Counted from the stretch's first letter, positions 20,061 to 30,296 are shown. The stretch is 64,000 nt of DNA from Ignavibacteriota bacterium (GCA_963787835.1 CAWBEI010000002.1:96001-160000); one strand, 5' to 3'. Made by a program: numbers and translations. The notes: generated from the letters alone by a model not told the origin.

Positions 20061-21290
20061 ATGTTAGAGAACATTCGTCAGGCGTTCGCTTCCCTTCGCT
20101 CGAACAAGCTTCGGAGCGCGCTCACGCTGCTTGGGATCGTCGTTGGCGTATTTTCTATTATTGGTGTCATGACCGCGCTTGGCGCGCTTACTAATAGCGT
20201 CGATAACTCACTCTCGCAACTCGGCGCGCAAACGTTTACGGTTAAGAAATGGCCATCTATTCAGATCGGCGGCAGCGATTGGAGAAAGTACGCCCGACGC
20301 AAACCGATCACCTACGAACAAATAAAATTCGTTCGGCAAACGGCCGAACTTCCGCTTGCAATCAGCGCAGAAAATATGTACGCGCCGCTCACCGTTGCGT
20401 ATGGGAATGAAAAAAGCGACCCACAATTCCAGCTCTACGGATCGGACGAAAATTATAGCGTTAATCATAGCCGCGACATTGCTAAAGGAAGAATGCTAAC
20501 AGCAGCCGACGTGCAATATGGCCGCGATGTAACGGTGCTGGGGCAGGATATTGTTGATCGGGTTTTTAAGCACGGAGAAGACCCATTAGGAAAGACCGTC
20601 CGCATGAACGATCACAATTATCAGGTGATCGGCGTGTTCGAACGAAAAGGCGGTGGCATGGGACAAAGCGAGGATGGCTTCGCGCTCATTCCCGTTACCA
20701 ATGAAATTAAGTATTTCATTCAGCCGGAATATACTTCCCTTCAGATGACGGTTCGTGCGCGGTCAAAAGCGGCCTTTGATGAAACACAGGATGAGATCAT
20801 CGGCGCGCTCCGCTCGGTGCGCGGCGTTAAACCGGGAGCAGAAAATGATTTCGAACTTGAGAACAACACCAGCCTCACTTTGCAATTGGGTCCATTCATG
20901 GATTACACGAAGCTTATCGGATTTGGAATAAGTGCTATCGCAATGCTTGCGGCCTCCATTGGGATTATGAATATCATGCTTGTTTCTGTGACCGAACGGA
21001 CGAAAGAAATTGGCATTCGAAAAGCATTGGGCGCTACGAAGTTCGATATAGCCGGGCAATTCCTTACGGAGGCCGTTGTGCTTTGCTTAGTTGGTGGACT
21101 GATCGGCATTGCGATCGGCGTTGGTATCGGGAACATACTCGCGGTGTTCATTCATGCGAGCGTCTATATCCCGATTCTCTGGGTCTTTATCGGGCTTGGG
21201 GTTTGCGTGCTCGTAGGAGTGGTTTTCGGACTTATTCCTGCAATCAAAGCTGCGAATATGGATCCTATTGACGCACTGAGATTCGAGTAA
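20061..21290 (+). CDS. MacB-like ABC permease (second paralog)
   Basis: NKLRSALTLLG, IGIMNIMLVSVTERTKEIGIRKALGA, MDPIDALRFE. Confidence 0.93.
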   Translation: MLENIRQAFASLRSNKLRSALTLLGIVVGVFSIIGVMTALGALTNSVDNSLSQLGAQTFTVKKWPSIQIGGSDWRKYARRKPITYEQIKFVRQTAELPLAISAENMYAPLTVAYGNEKSDPQFQLYGSDENYSVNHSRDIAKGRMLTAADVQYGRDVTVLGQDIVDRVFKHGEDPLGKTVRMNDHNYQVIGVFERKGGGMGQSEDGFALIPVTNEIKYFIQPEYTSLQMTVRARSKAAFDETQDEIIGALRSVRGVKPGAENDFELENNTSLTLQLGPFMDYTKLIGFGISAIAMLAASIGIMNIMLVSVTERTKEIGIRKALGATKFDIAGQFLTEAVVLCLVGGLIGIAIGVGIGNILAVFIHASVYIPILWVFIGLGVCVLVGVVFGLIPAIKAANMDPIDALRFE

Positions 21291-21291
21291 A

Positions 21292-21549
21292 ATGAAAAAC
21301 AACATCCTCAAGATATTCAAGTCCCATGCTTCGGATGAAACGCTGAAACGATCCCTTACCAAAACGATTAGTTATCGGGTTATCATTTTAACCCTTGATT
21401 TTACAACGGTCTATCTTTTTACGGGGAAACTAACCATAGCATTAGGCTTTACGATTATCAGTAATACATACACGACCATCGGATACTTTCTGCATGAGCG
21501 GATTTGGGATCGAATTAAATGGGGCAAAATATCGGCTCAAAAGATTTAG
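21292..21549 (+). CDS. DUF2061-like small membrane protein
   Basis: ETLKRSLTKTISYR...YFLHERIWDRIKWG. Confidence 0.8.
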   Translation: MKNNILKIFKSHASDETLKRSLTKTISYRVIILTLDFTTVYLFTGKLTIALGFTIISNTYTTIGYFLHERIWDRIKWGKISAQKI

Positions 21550-21573
21550 CCTGCGATCTTCGAGATTTTTCTA

Positions 21574-22275
21574 ATGACTTCTTCACACTATACTCCGGAA
21601 CGGCATAACACCAACAAAACCGGCTGGCTACGAGCTGCAGTATTAGGAGCGAACGATGGCATCCTTTCGACTGCCAGTTTGGTAGTGGGTGTGGCTGCGG
21701 CACATGCCGCGCACGATAGTATCCTGATCGCGGGTATCGCGGGGCTTGTTGCAGGGGCAATGTCTATGGCAGCCGGCGAATATGTATCCGTCAGTTCCCA
21801 GGCCGATACCGAGAATGCCGATCTGAAAGTCGAGCGTAGGGAACTCGCGACCAACCCGGAGTTCGAGCATCGAGAATTAGCGAAGATCTATGAAGGACGA
21901 GGATTAAATCCGCAACTTGCGCGGCAAGTTGCCGATGAACTGATGGCCCACGATGCCCTTGCCGCACATGCCCGCGACGAACTGGGTATTTCCGAAGCAG
22001 TAAAACCACGTCCTGTTCAGGCAGCGATGGCTTCGGCAGCTTCCTTTTTTGTTGGAGCAGCATTGCCATTGCTGGTCGTTCTTCTTGTGCCGGATGGGAA
22101 CCTCATTCCAGCGGTGTCTATTGCATCGCTTATTTTTCTTGCCACGCTTGGCGCTGTTGCGGCAAAAACCGGTGGCGCGGACATGATGAAAGGTGCGATT
22201 CGCGTTACCTTTTGGGGTGCGCTTGCGCTTGCCGTGACGGCTGGGATCGGTGCGCTATTTGGGACGGTGGTATAG
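21574..22275 (+). CDS. VIT1/CCC1-family Fe/Mn transporter
   Basis: WLRAAVLGANDGI, AGAMSMAAGEYVSVSSQ, AHARDELG. Confidence 0.93.
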   Translation: MTSSHYTPERHNTNKTGWLRAAVLGANDGILSTASLVVGVAAAHAAHDSILIAGIAGLVAGAMSMAAGEYVSVSSQADTENADLKVERRELATNPEFEHRELAKIYEGRGLNPQLARQVADELMAHDALAAHARDELGISEAVKPRPVQAAMASAASFFVGAALPLLVVLLVPDGNLIPAVSIASLIFLATLGAVAAKTGGADMMKGAIRVTFWGALALAVTAGIGALFGTVV

Positions 22276-22281
22276 CTCTCC

Positions 22282-22773
22282 TTAATGTTGAGGGAGCAGT
22301 TTGGGTAGTATCGCTGGATCAGGCGAACTGCCTGGATCCGGAGTTTGCCGCCAATTGACGACGAAATTCTTCTCGAGCGTCACGCCTTTATCCGTCTTGG
22401 GCATCTGCACAAGCGTATCGACGGACTGCACGAACGTCCCCTCGATATGCACCCAATATTTTCTGCCCGGTTTGAGAATAAGCAGATACCGGCCTGATTC
22501 GGAATTTGCACGCCCGGCGGTCATTTCCTGAATAGCGCAGGTGGTGACATCGTTGGAGGTATCTTCATCGGCTGCGCTTTCTCCGGTTTCATGCACGGAA
22601 AGCCGCACAGTCGCGGGTTTCTGATCAGCTGTAAATACGCAGCCTTTTAGCACACAGACCGGCTTTGAAAATTGCGCCTGCGCGAGCGTTGGAATAAGAA
22701 CGATGCACGAAGCTGCAATTGTGAAAACAACGAAAGCAGTAGCGACGAAAGAACTCAAGTAAAAGCGTTTCAT
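22282..22773 (-). CDS. Hypothetical secreted protein
   Basis: Signal peptide ending AQA; GRYLLILKPG beta-sandwich-like segment. Confidence 0.5.
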   Translation of the reverse strand: MKRFYLSSFVATAFVVFTIAASCIVLIPTLAQAQFSKPVCVLKGCVFTADQKPATVRLSVHETGESAADEDTSNDVTTCAIQEMTAGRANSESGRYLLILKPGRKYWVHIEGTFVQSVDTLVQMPKTDKGVTLEKNFVVNWRQTPDPGSSPDPAILPKLLPQH

Positions 22774-22885
22774 TTTAGACAGGAATTAGCACTGATTTAG
22801 TGACATTAATGGTTAACCCATGCCGAAGCTTACGAGTTCACTTCGGTGGTTGGCAGGTTACGTGTTGACCGCCCATTTGCATTCG

Positions 22886-22893
22886 TATTTTTG
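22886..22893 (+). promoter_or_regulatory. Putative Bacteroidota-type -7 promoter element (TAnnTTTG)
   Basis: cgTATTTTTGccatc about 50 bp upstream of ATG 22944; the same 15-mer occurs on the minus strand upstream of the 61596 start. Confidence 0.45.
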
Positions 22894-22943
22894 CCATCAA
22901 TTCATTTCTGGAATTCTTCAATTTTGACTCAGGATCGATCCTT

Positions 22944-25460
22944 ATGAAAGCTATCATCATGGCAGGCGGATTCGGTACGCGGCTCAGGCCGCTGACGATG
23001 AACTTACCCAAACCAATGGTCCCCATGATGAACCGGCCCATGATGGAGCATATCGTCAACCTGCTCAAGCGGCATGGGATGTCGGATATTACAGCGCTCC
23101 TGTATTTTCATCCGGATGCGATCACGTCGCATTTTGGGGATGGCTCGGCGTTCGGGTGTTCGATGAAATACATTCGCGCGGAGGCAGATTTCGGCACTGC
23201 CGGAAGTGTACGTAATGCAACGGGGCAGCTTGGGATGACCGAACCGGTACTTGTCATCTCCGGGGATGTGCTTACGGATTTCGATCTCTCGGCTGCCATC
23301 GCATTTCACAAAGAGAAAAAAGCGCTGGCGACGATCGTTCTGACCCACGCGAAAAATCCGCTTCAGTTCGGCATCGTGATGACAAATCCGGATTCCGAGA
23401 TCACGCGGTTTCTCGAAAAGCCATCCTGGGGCGAAGTGTTTTCAGATACCATCAACACGGGAATTTATATTCTCGAACCCGAAGCGTATGCGGAGATCCC
23501 CTACAAACGCGAATTCGATTTCAGCAAGGACCTCTTCCCTGCCCTTCTGAAAAAACCCGGCGCGCTCGTAGGATATATTGCTGATGGCTACTGGCGCGAT
23601 GTTGGGAATCTTTCGGAATACCATGAGGCGCACATGGATGCCCTGCACGGACTTGTAAATCTCGAAGTTCAGGGTGAGCGGCGAAATGGCGCTATCGTCG
23701 AGGAGGGTTGCGAGGTTGGTGGCGCGCGGTTTCGTGGGCAGAATGCCATTGCGAAGGGAACGAACATTGAAGATGGCGCCATCATTACGAATTCCATTAT
23801 CGGCGCGGGCTGCCACATCGAGGCGGGAGCTATTGTGGAGAATTCCATCCTGTGGGATGGCACTCGCGTAGGGCGCAATGCCAGCATGAGCCACGTCGTG
23901 GCATGCTTCAATGTCCTTGTTGGCGACCGCGCGACCATCGACGAAAATGTATTTATCGGCGAAGGATCGCAAGTTGCGGAGGCCGCGCATATTTTGCCGA
24001 ATGTAAAGCTCTGGCCCGGCAAACGGGTCGAGGCCGGGGCGACGCTGCAAACAAGTCTTGTCTGGGAAGACCGCTGGAACCGCGAGCTGTTTATGAACTC
24101 CCGCATTTCCGGAACTTCGAATATCGAACTCATCCCGGAATTTGCTGCGAAGGTTGGCGCGTCGCTTGGCGCGCAGGTGGGAATGGGTCAGCGGGTGGTC
24201 ATCAGCCGCGATAGCGACCCCGGCTCGCGCGTGCTTTCCCGCGCCCTCGGCACAGGACTGATGAGCGCCGGAATCATTGTGGTCGATATGCAGCAAACGC
24301 CGATACCGCTCACCCGGCATCATCTGCGCGATGCGCGGCAATCCGGCGGGGTGCATGTACGGAAGAATCCGATGGACCGGCACCGGTCGGATATGATCTT
24401 TTTCGATTCCGGCGGGTACGATCTGCCCTCCAGCAAAGGGAAATCCATCGAGCGGTATTTCTTTGGCGAGGATTTCCCACGCGCACCGTTCGATAAGGTG
24501 GGCACGATCGAGTTCCCGGCGCATACTGGTGAAATATACACCAAACGATTCACCGGCGCGCTGGATGTTGCGCTCATCACGCGCGCGCATTTTAAGATCG
24601 CCATCGATTATGCCAATGGTATTGCCTCGACGATCTTCCCGAACATTCTCGGCGCCTTCGGCTGCGAGGTGGTTTCCATGAATGCCTATCTTGAGCCATC
24701 CCGCCTCACGCGCGGGCGTGAAGAATTCGAGCGCTCTCTCCGGCATCTTGCCAATGTGGTGAAATCGTTGAGTTACCAGATCGGATTTATTCTGGACGCC
24801 GGTGGCGAGCGTGTCGGGATCGTCGATGAAACTGGCAACATTTATACGAACAACGATCTGCTGACATTACTGACCAAGCTCTTCCTCGAAAGCGAAGCGA
24901 AGCGCGGACGCACCGTCGGCAAGATCGCGGTTCCCGTCTCGGCCACCAGCGAGATCGAGGAACTCGCCGCACAGCATAACGTCGAAATAGTCTATACGAA
25001 GAATACGCACGCGGATATGATGCGCGCCAGTGGCGATGACGTGAGTTTCGTCGGTGGTACGCTGGGCGGCGCGATCTTCCCGGATTATTTCTTTGCCGTC
25101 GATGGAATGTTCACGGTGGCAAAAACGCTCGAAATGCTGGCGGTGCTCGGCAAGAACTTAGGCGATGTTGCACGCGATATGCCGCACCATGCGCAAACCC
25201 GCGTGCAGGTGCACTGCCCGACCGAGGAACTTGGGCGCGTCATGCGCTACGCGATGGACCACTCGCAGCACATGAAAAAAGTGCTCATCGACGGAATCAA
25301 ATTCTACCCACACCACGATGGCGCGTGGGTGCTGGTGCTGCCCGACAAAGAGCGCCCCTACTGCACCGTCCTAACCGACGCCGCCACGCAGGAGGAAGCT
25401 GATGCACTCTCGAAAGAGTATGCGATGTTGGTTGAAGCATGGCGAAAGGCGGGAGAATGA
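22944..25460 (+). CDS. Mannose-1-phosphate guanylyltransferase-like NTP transferase fused to hexapeptide repeats and a phosphomannomutase-like region
   Basis: MAGGFGTRLRPLT..PKPM, FLEKP, YWRDVG, left-handed beta-helix repeats, then PGM/PMM-like domains. Confidence 0.88.
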   Translation: MKAIIMAGGFGTRLRPLTMNLPKPMVPMMNRPMMEHIVNLLKRHGMSDITALLYFHPDAITSHFGDGSAFGCSMKYIRAEADFGTAGSVRNATGQLGMTEPVLVISGDVLTDFDLSAAIAFHKEKKALATIVLTHAKNPLQFGIVMTNPDSEITRFLEKPSWGEVFSDTINTGIYILEPEAYAEIPYKREFDFSKDLFPALLKKPGALVGYIADGYWRDVGNLSEYHEAHMDALHGLVNLEVQGERRNGAIVEEGCEVGGARFRGQNAIAKGTNIEDGAIITNSIIGAGCHIEAGAIVENSILWDGTRVGRNASMSHVVACFNVLVGDRATIDENVFIGEGSQVAEAAHILPNVKLWPGKRVEAGATLQTSLVWEDRWNRELFMNSRISGTSNIELIPEFAAKVGASLGAQVGMGQRVVISRDSDPGSRVLSRALGTGLMSAGIIVVDMQQTPIPLTRHHLRDARQSGGVHVRKNPMDRHRSDMIFFDSGGYDLPSSKGKSIERYFFGEDFPRAPFDKVGTIEFPAHTGEIYTKRFTGALDVALITRAHFKIAIDYANGIASTIFPNILGAFGCEVVSMNAYLEPSRLTRGREEFERSLRHLANVVKSLSYQIGFILDAGGERVGIVDETGNIYTNNDLLTLLTKLFLESEAKRGRTVGKIAVPVSATSEIEELAAQHNVEIVYTKNTHADMMRASGDDVSFVGGTLGGAIFPDYFFAVDGMFTVAKTLEMLAVLGKNLGDVARDMPHHAQTRVQVHCPTEELGRVMRYAMDHSQHMKKVLIDGIKFYPHHDGAWVLVLPDKERPYCTVLTDAATQEEADALSKEYAMLVEAWRKAGE

Positions 25461-25545
25461 GTCATAGCAGGCGTGAACCGGATAGGACAACTATTGTTCA
25501 TTAGAATGATTTTGCTATGAACACCGCAAATAATAGACAGTATAA

Positions 25546-27141
25546 TTGAATAAACTCTATTTCGGCGACAACCTCGATATTCTCCGCGAGCACATTGCGG
25601 ATGAATCGATTGATCTTATTTATCTAGATCCGCCGTTCAATTCAAAGCGCGATTATTCCGTGCTCTTTAAAACCCCGAAGGGACACGAAAGCGATGCGCA
25701 ACTTCAGGCTTTTCTAGATACTTGGCATTGGACTGAAGAGGCTGAGCGTGAATTTAACGAAATTCTGAATCAGCCTAATACCCAGGTTTCTGAATTGGTT
25801 GTTGCACTTCGAAAATTTCTTGGTGAGAATGACATGATGGCCTATATCACCATGAAGGCGATTCGATTGCTCGAATTGCATCGAGTGCTCAAGCCAACAG
25901 GTTCGATTTATCTCCATTGCGATCCAACCGCAAGCCATTACTTGAGAATTTTACTCGACGCCGTTTTTGGACCAACTCGATTTAGAAATGAAATCACATG
26001 GAAGAGAACGAGCGCGCATAATGACCCCACGCGATATGGGGCGAATACCGATCAAATCCTTTTTTATTCCAAAGGAGATAAGTGGACATGGAATGAAATT
26101 TACATGCCCCACGACGCTGAATATCTGGCAAGGTTTCGTTTCAAAGATCCCGATGGGCGCCGATACATGGACGACAATCTTTCTGCGAAAGGTCTCTCAG
26201 GGGGTGGATACACTTATGAGTATAAAGGAGCAACTTCTCTCTGGCGTGTGCCTTTAACCTCGATGGAAAGGCTCGATGCTGAAAATCGATTACATTTTAC
26301 TAATAAAGGTGGCATACGACTCAAACGATATTTGGATGAGAATAAGGGTGCGCCCCTACAGGCATTATGGGATGACATTTCTCCAATCAATTCCCAAGCT
26401 GCCGAACGACTTGGCTATCCGACGCAAAAACCTCTTGCCTTACTTGAACGAATCATCAAAGCATCATCTAACGAGGGCGATGTGGTACTCGATCCATTCT
26501 GCGGTTGTGGTACAGCGGTTCACGCTGCAGAGAAATTGCATCGGCAATGGATTGGCATAGACATCACGCACCTAGCTATTTCCCTTATCGAGAAGAGGTT
26601 GAAAGACGCATTTCCCGGAATCAAATTCGAAGTTGAGGGCACACCGAAGGATTTGGATGGAGCTAAGGATTTGGCAATTCGAAACAAATACCAATTTCAA
26701 TGGTGGGCTACTTCTCTTGTTAATGCTCAACCGTATCAGGGCAAGAAAAAAGGAGCCGACTCCGGCATTGATGGACTCATCTTTTTCCACGACGATAAAT
26801 CCGGCGCGAAGAAAATCGTGGTATCGGTCAAGGGCGGCGAGAATGTGAATGTTACGATGGTGCGCGATCTGAAAGGTGTCGTTGACCGAGAAAAAGCTTC
26901 GATGGGATTTTTTGTCACGCTGGCCGAACCAACGCGACCGATGCGCGAGGAAGCAGTCTCCGCCGGTTTCTACGACGCGACCCGCTTCGGCTCAGAATAC
27001 CCGAAGCTGCAAATCCTCACCATCGAAGGACTCATGAACGGCACCGAACGCCCCCGATTCCCGGATTTAACGCTGGGCCGCTCCACGTTTAAGCGGGCGG
27101 CCATAGAGGATATGGGGGCGGAGCAGGAGAGGCTGTTGTGA
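25546..27141 (+). CDS. Beta-class N6A/N4C DNA methyltransferase fused to a C-terminal Mrr-like endonuclease domain
   Basis: LIYLDPPFNS, GYPTQKP..LLERII, VLDPFCGCGT; C-terminal DSGIDG..VSVKGG..VRDLKG. Confidence 0.85.
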   Translation: MNKLYFGDNLDILREHIADESIDLIYLDPPFNSKRDYSVLFKTPKGHESDAQLQAFLDTWHWTEEAEREFNEILNQPNTQVSELVVALRKFLGENDMMAYITMKAIRLLELHRVLKPTGSIYLHCDPTASHYLRILLDAVFGPTRFRNEITWKRTSAHNDPTRYGANTDQILFYSKGDKWTWNEIYMPHDAEYLARFRFKDPDGRRYMDDNLSAKGLSGGGYTYEYKGATSLWRVPLTSMERLDAENRLHFTNKGGIRLKRYLDENKGAPLQALWDDISPINSQAAERLGYPTQKPLALLERIIKASSNEGDVVLDPFCGCGTAVHAAEKLHRQWIGIDITHLAISLIEKRLKDAFPGIKFEVEGTPKDLDGAKDLAIRNKYQFQWWATSLVNAQPYQGKKKGADSGIDGLIFFHDDKSGAKKIVVSVKGGENVNVTMVRDLKGVVDREKASMGFFVTLAEPTRPMREEAVSAGFYDATRFGSEYPKLQILTIEGLMNGTERPRFPDLTLGRSTFKRAAIEDMGAEQERLL

Positions 27142-27149
27142 ATGTTTTA

Positions 27150-27284
27150 TTAAGGGCTAAATAGGCGCGATAATGAATGCTCATTGAATCCATCTAAATA
27201 ACAATCCGTATCTTCCCAATTTACGAACGAATATGTAGCTTTATAAGCTGAAATATCTCGTGGAGTCTTTCTATAGTCAATCAT
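27150..27284 (-). CDS. 44-aa ORF (MIDYRKT...SRLFSP), probably the frameshifted C-terminus of the SIR2-like protein
   Basis: Starts in the -1 frame overlapping the SIR2 stop (caaaaATGA) and stays open to TAA at 27150. Confidence 0.45.
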   Translation of the reverse strand: MIDYRKTPRDISAYKATYSFVNWEDTDCYLDGFNEHSLSRLFSP

Positions 27285-28249
27285 TTTTGCTTAGTTTTTG
27301 GACCATGTCGCTCACCTTTTCGGTTCTGAAATTTGTCAACGATATCATATATTACCTGGGTAAGGTAGCGATCATGTGATGCAAGTGAAAAACCAATAAT
27401 ACTAACGCTGTTAGCATAGTACCCTGCGTTAGTGAGTTCTCGCCAAAGCCAACTCAAACGATGAATGTAGCCAAGTTTATGAGTTGATGGGGCTACAATA
27501 ATTGATCCCTCCCAAACGAAATTGTCTGCGCCCAAATACTCCCACATACTGCGTAGCCTCCTAAGCTTAGATAGAGGATTGTCATCTGGTATGGGATCAT
27601 TTGCTAAGCTCGAAAAGACGTAATGACGGTCGTCGCCAAACACAGGGTGCCATTTTGACTCTTGTTGTTCATAATGTGAAATATCAAACCAATCGATAGA
27701 ACCATGCAATTTCAGTACTTCAATTTCAGTCTCGTGTGGTGGATCGTCACTTGAAATACTTTGGTACCAAGGGGCTAACCGGAAAGCCACACCATTTCTT
27801 TCCATTGCTTCTTCAAGGAGCGTGTCATAGTTAAATGTTTCAACAGCGTCGTATTCCTTAAGTTGCTTCACAAAATCATCATAAATCTTCAGGTCGGGTC
27901 TCTCACCATGATCTTGTTTCAATTTTAGGGCAAGGGCAATCAGATTTCTAAGCATTATTTGGGATTCGTTTCCTTCATCCGACCAATGATCTGTTCCCTT
28001 CAGTCTGAGGATATGCTGAACATCTAAATACGAAATGAAATCTTCAAGATTGATCTCGCTCATCTGAGGCTGTCTGCCTGTCGTTTTCCCTATAAATCGA
28101 ATATATAGCTTAAGATCAATACCCAATTTTCCTTCCGTAAGATGCCTAATTTCAGCCAACCGCCAGACTTCGCCAAAAAGCTCATTTCCAAGCGGTAACC
28201 CAGCTGGCTTCGAAAATCCTGCACCAAGAATAAATAGTCTCATTGTCAT
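27281..28249 (-). CDS. SIR2-like (SIR2_2-type) NADase-family protein, possibly truncated
   Basis: FILGAGFSKPAGLP, TFNYDTLLE, VLKLHGSIDW, IIVAPS..K, IIGFSL..D. Confidence 0.85.
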   Translation of the reverse strand: MTMRLFILGAGFSKPAGLPLGNELFGEVWRLAEIRHLTEGKLGIDLKLYIRFIGKTTGRQPQMSEINLEDFISYLDVQHILRLKGTDHWSDEGNESQIMLRNLIALALKLKQDHGERPDLKIYDDFVKQLKEYDAVETFNYDTLLEEAMERNGVAFRLAPWYQSISSDDPPHETEIEVLKLHGSIDWFDISHYEQQESKWHPVFGDDRHYVFSSLANDPIPDDNPLSKLRRLRSMWEYLGADNFVWEGSIIVAPSTHKLGYIHRLSWLWRELTNAGYYANSVSIIGFSLASHDRYLTQVIYDIVDKFQNRKGERHGPKTKQK

Positions 28250-28640
28250 TTATACGATTGCTTTGATCAACTGATTCCTTTTCGTGGCAATTTTTCACAA
28301 CAACTTACCTACCGTCGTGCGGATTGTGCTGTCGCACCAGTGGTCAAAGAAAATTTCGAATTTCGTGGCGGGCGGGAAAAGTGTCGTATATTGCGAGTGA
28401 GATAATAGGCACCTATATCAATTACGAAGTAAGAATTAATAATTAAGAATGGGTGCTCAGTGGCTCATTGAAAATGGAAGCGATGGATTTCTTTATGAAC
28501 GAGTCCTTTGAGAAAACGGATTTCGCTTTTCCTTCAGAACAAACGTCGAAAACAGCTTGGAAACGAGGGTGTGTCGGGAACTCGCAAGAAAAAGAAATGG
28601 CACCTATTGCCTTAGGAAAGGGGTTGCATGACTTTCAAAA

Positions 28641-30296
28641 ATGCTATCACGCCGCAATAGATATTTGCTCGCCGTTCTTTCCGGGCTGTTGCTCGGTCTT
28701 GCCTTTCCGCCTACGGGGCTTGGCGGAGGGTTGCTGGCATTTGTTGCGCTGGTACCGCTTTTGGTCGCGCTGGAGAATGGCACCCGGTTACGGGAGGCAT
28801 TCAAGCTCGGCTGGGTCGCGATGTTCGTGCTTGGCCTGGTCTCGAATTACTGGGTCGGCGGGTGGAAGTCGATGGGTGATGTCGATCCCTTCCTGATGGT
28901 CGGCGGGGTACTGCTGGCGATCGTGCATCCGTTCTTCCTGGTAGTTCCCTGGCTGTTGTATGATTCGGTTCGCCGGCGGTTCGGGCGAAGGGCTGCGCTG
29001 TACTCGCTGCCCATCTTTCAGGGGGGCTTCGAGTATGCGCATTCGTTCGGGGATCTTTCCTATCCCTGGCTGAACCTGTACAACACGCAGACGTACAATC
29101 TGGCGTTCGATCAGTTCATTGAAATTTCGGGGCCGTATTTGCTGAGCATGGTGATTGTGCTGGTGAATGTGGAAGTTTTTCAGATGTTCTTTACCAGTGG
29201 ACTCAATGGACGGGGTGGACGAAAGTGGCATTTGGTGACTTTGGTACTCTTGGTTTGTATTCCCTATCTTTATGGTTTGCACGCCTTGGGTCAAAAAGAA
29301 GATTCGCGTTCCTCGCTTCGGGTGACGATCGTTCAGCCGAACATCGACCCGTGGGCGAAATGGAGTTCCGATGAGGACCGAATACTCGATACAAACTTCG
29401 AAGCCACGGTGACGGCGATCCGCGCTAACCATGATTCGACGGATCTGATCGTATGGCCGGAAACAGCGATCACGTTCTACATTACTTCCCCTGCAAAGGG
29501 ATTTGAAATGGCAGAGCTAAATAAATTTGTATCCTCGATGCACCATGCGCTGCTGACGGGTTTTCCAGACCGGCAGGATTATGTGCAAGGTCAGGATTCC
29601 ATCCCAAGCGATGCGGTTCCCGTTGGGATCGGCGGTATCTACTACCGAAGCTGGAATGCTGCGATGATGCTCTATCAAGCGCCGGATGGAACCATGCACC
29701 GTCAGGCGTATCACAAGCAAAAGCTTGTGCCGCTTGGGGAGCATATTCCATTCGTGCAATACTTCCCAATCCTGGGCAAGTGGTTTCAATGGAGCGTTGG
29801 GATCGGAAGCTGGAATATCGGGGAGGGTTACGAGCCACTTTCGCTTCCGATGCCACAGCAGCATGATACGCTGGAGATTTCGCCGGCGATCTGCTATGAA
29901 TCCGTGTATCCGAGCTTCATACGGAATTTTGTGGATCACGGGGCGAACATGCTGGCGGTTATCACGAACGATGGATGGTATGGCCGAAGCTCGGGGCCGT
30001 ATCAACACGAACAATTTGCAGTGCTGCGCGCCATCGAGAACCGGCGATGGGTAGTGCGATGCGCCAATACGGGAGTCTCCACGATGATCGATGACCGTGG
30101 GCGATATATAAAATCGCTCCCGCTTTTTGTGTCGGGTTCCATCACGGAGCGGGTTCCACTCATCGAGCGCAAAACGCTCTATGTGCAATGGGGGGATTAT
30201 ATTGCGATCCCAGCGATGATCTATTCGATCATTGTTCTTATCGTAGCATTGGCACGTAGGATCATGAGAAGATTTTCAAAACCATCGGCAGGGTGA
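28641..30296 (+). CDS. lnt: Apolipoprotein N-acyltransferase
   Basis: VQPNID, IVWPETA, YHKQKLVPLGEHIP, ICYESVYP, ITNDGWYG, LRAIENRR..RCANTGVS. Confidence 0.95.
   Translation: MLSRRNRYLLAVLSGLLLGLAFPPTGLGGGLLAFVALVPLLVALENGTRLREAFKLGWVAMFVLGLVSNYWVGGWKSMGDVDPFLMVGGVLLAIVHPFFLVVPWLLYDSVRRRFGRRAALYSLPIFQGGFEYAHSFGDLSYPWLNLYNTQTYNLAFDQFIEISGPYLLSMVIVLVNVEVFQMFFTSGLNGRGGRKWHLVTLVLLVCIPYLYGLHALGQKEDSRSSLRVTIVQPNIDPWAKWSSDEDRILDTNFEATVTAIRANHDSTDLIVWPETAITFYITSPAKGFEMAELNKFVSSMHHALLTGFPDRQDYVQGQDSIPSDAVPVGIGGIYYRSWNAAMMLYQAPDGTMHRQAYHKQKLVPLGEHIPFVQYFPILGKWFQWSVGIGSWNIGEGYEPLSLPMPQQHDTLEISPAICYESVYPSFIRNFVDHGANMLAVITNDGWYGRSSGPYQHEQFAVLRAIENRRWVVRCANTGVSTMIDDRGRYIKSLPLFVSGSITERVPLIERKTLYVQWGDYIAIPAMIYSIIVLIVALARRIMRRFSKPSAG

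Noticed and set aside
23442-24746. 434-aa antisense ORF
   Set aside because: Lies wholly opposite the GC-rich nucleotidyltransferase gene and has no motifs; shadow ORF.
28453-28896. 147-aa ORF upstream of and overlapping lnt
   Set aside because: Out-of-frame overlap with lnt and no recognisable motif.
28788-30188. 214-aa and 223-aa antisense ORFs
   Set aside because: Shadows of lnt with no recognisable features.
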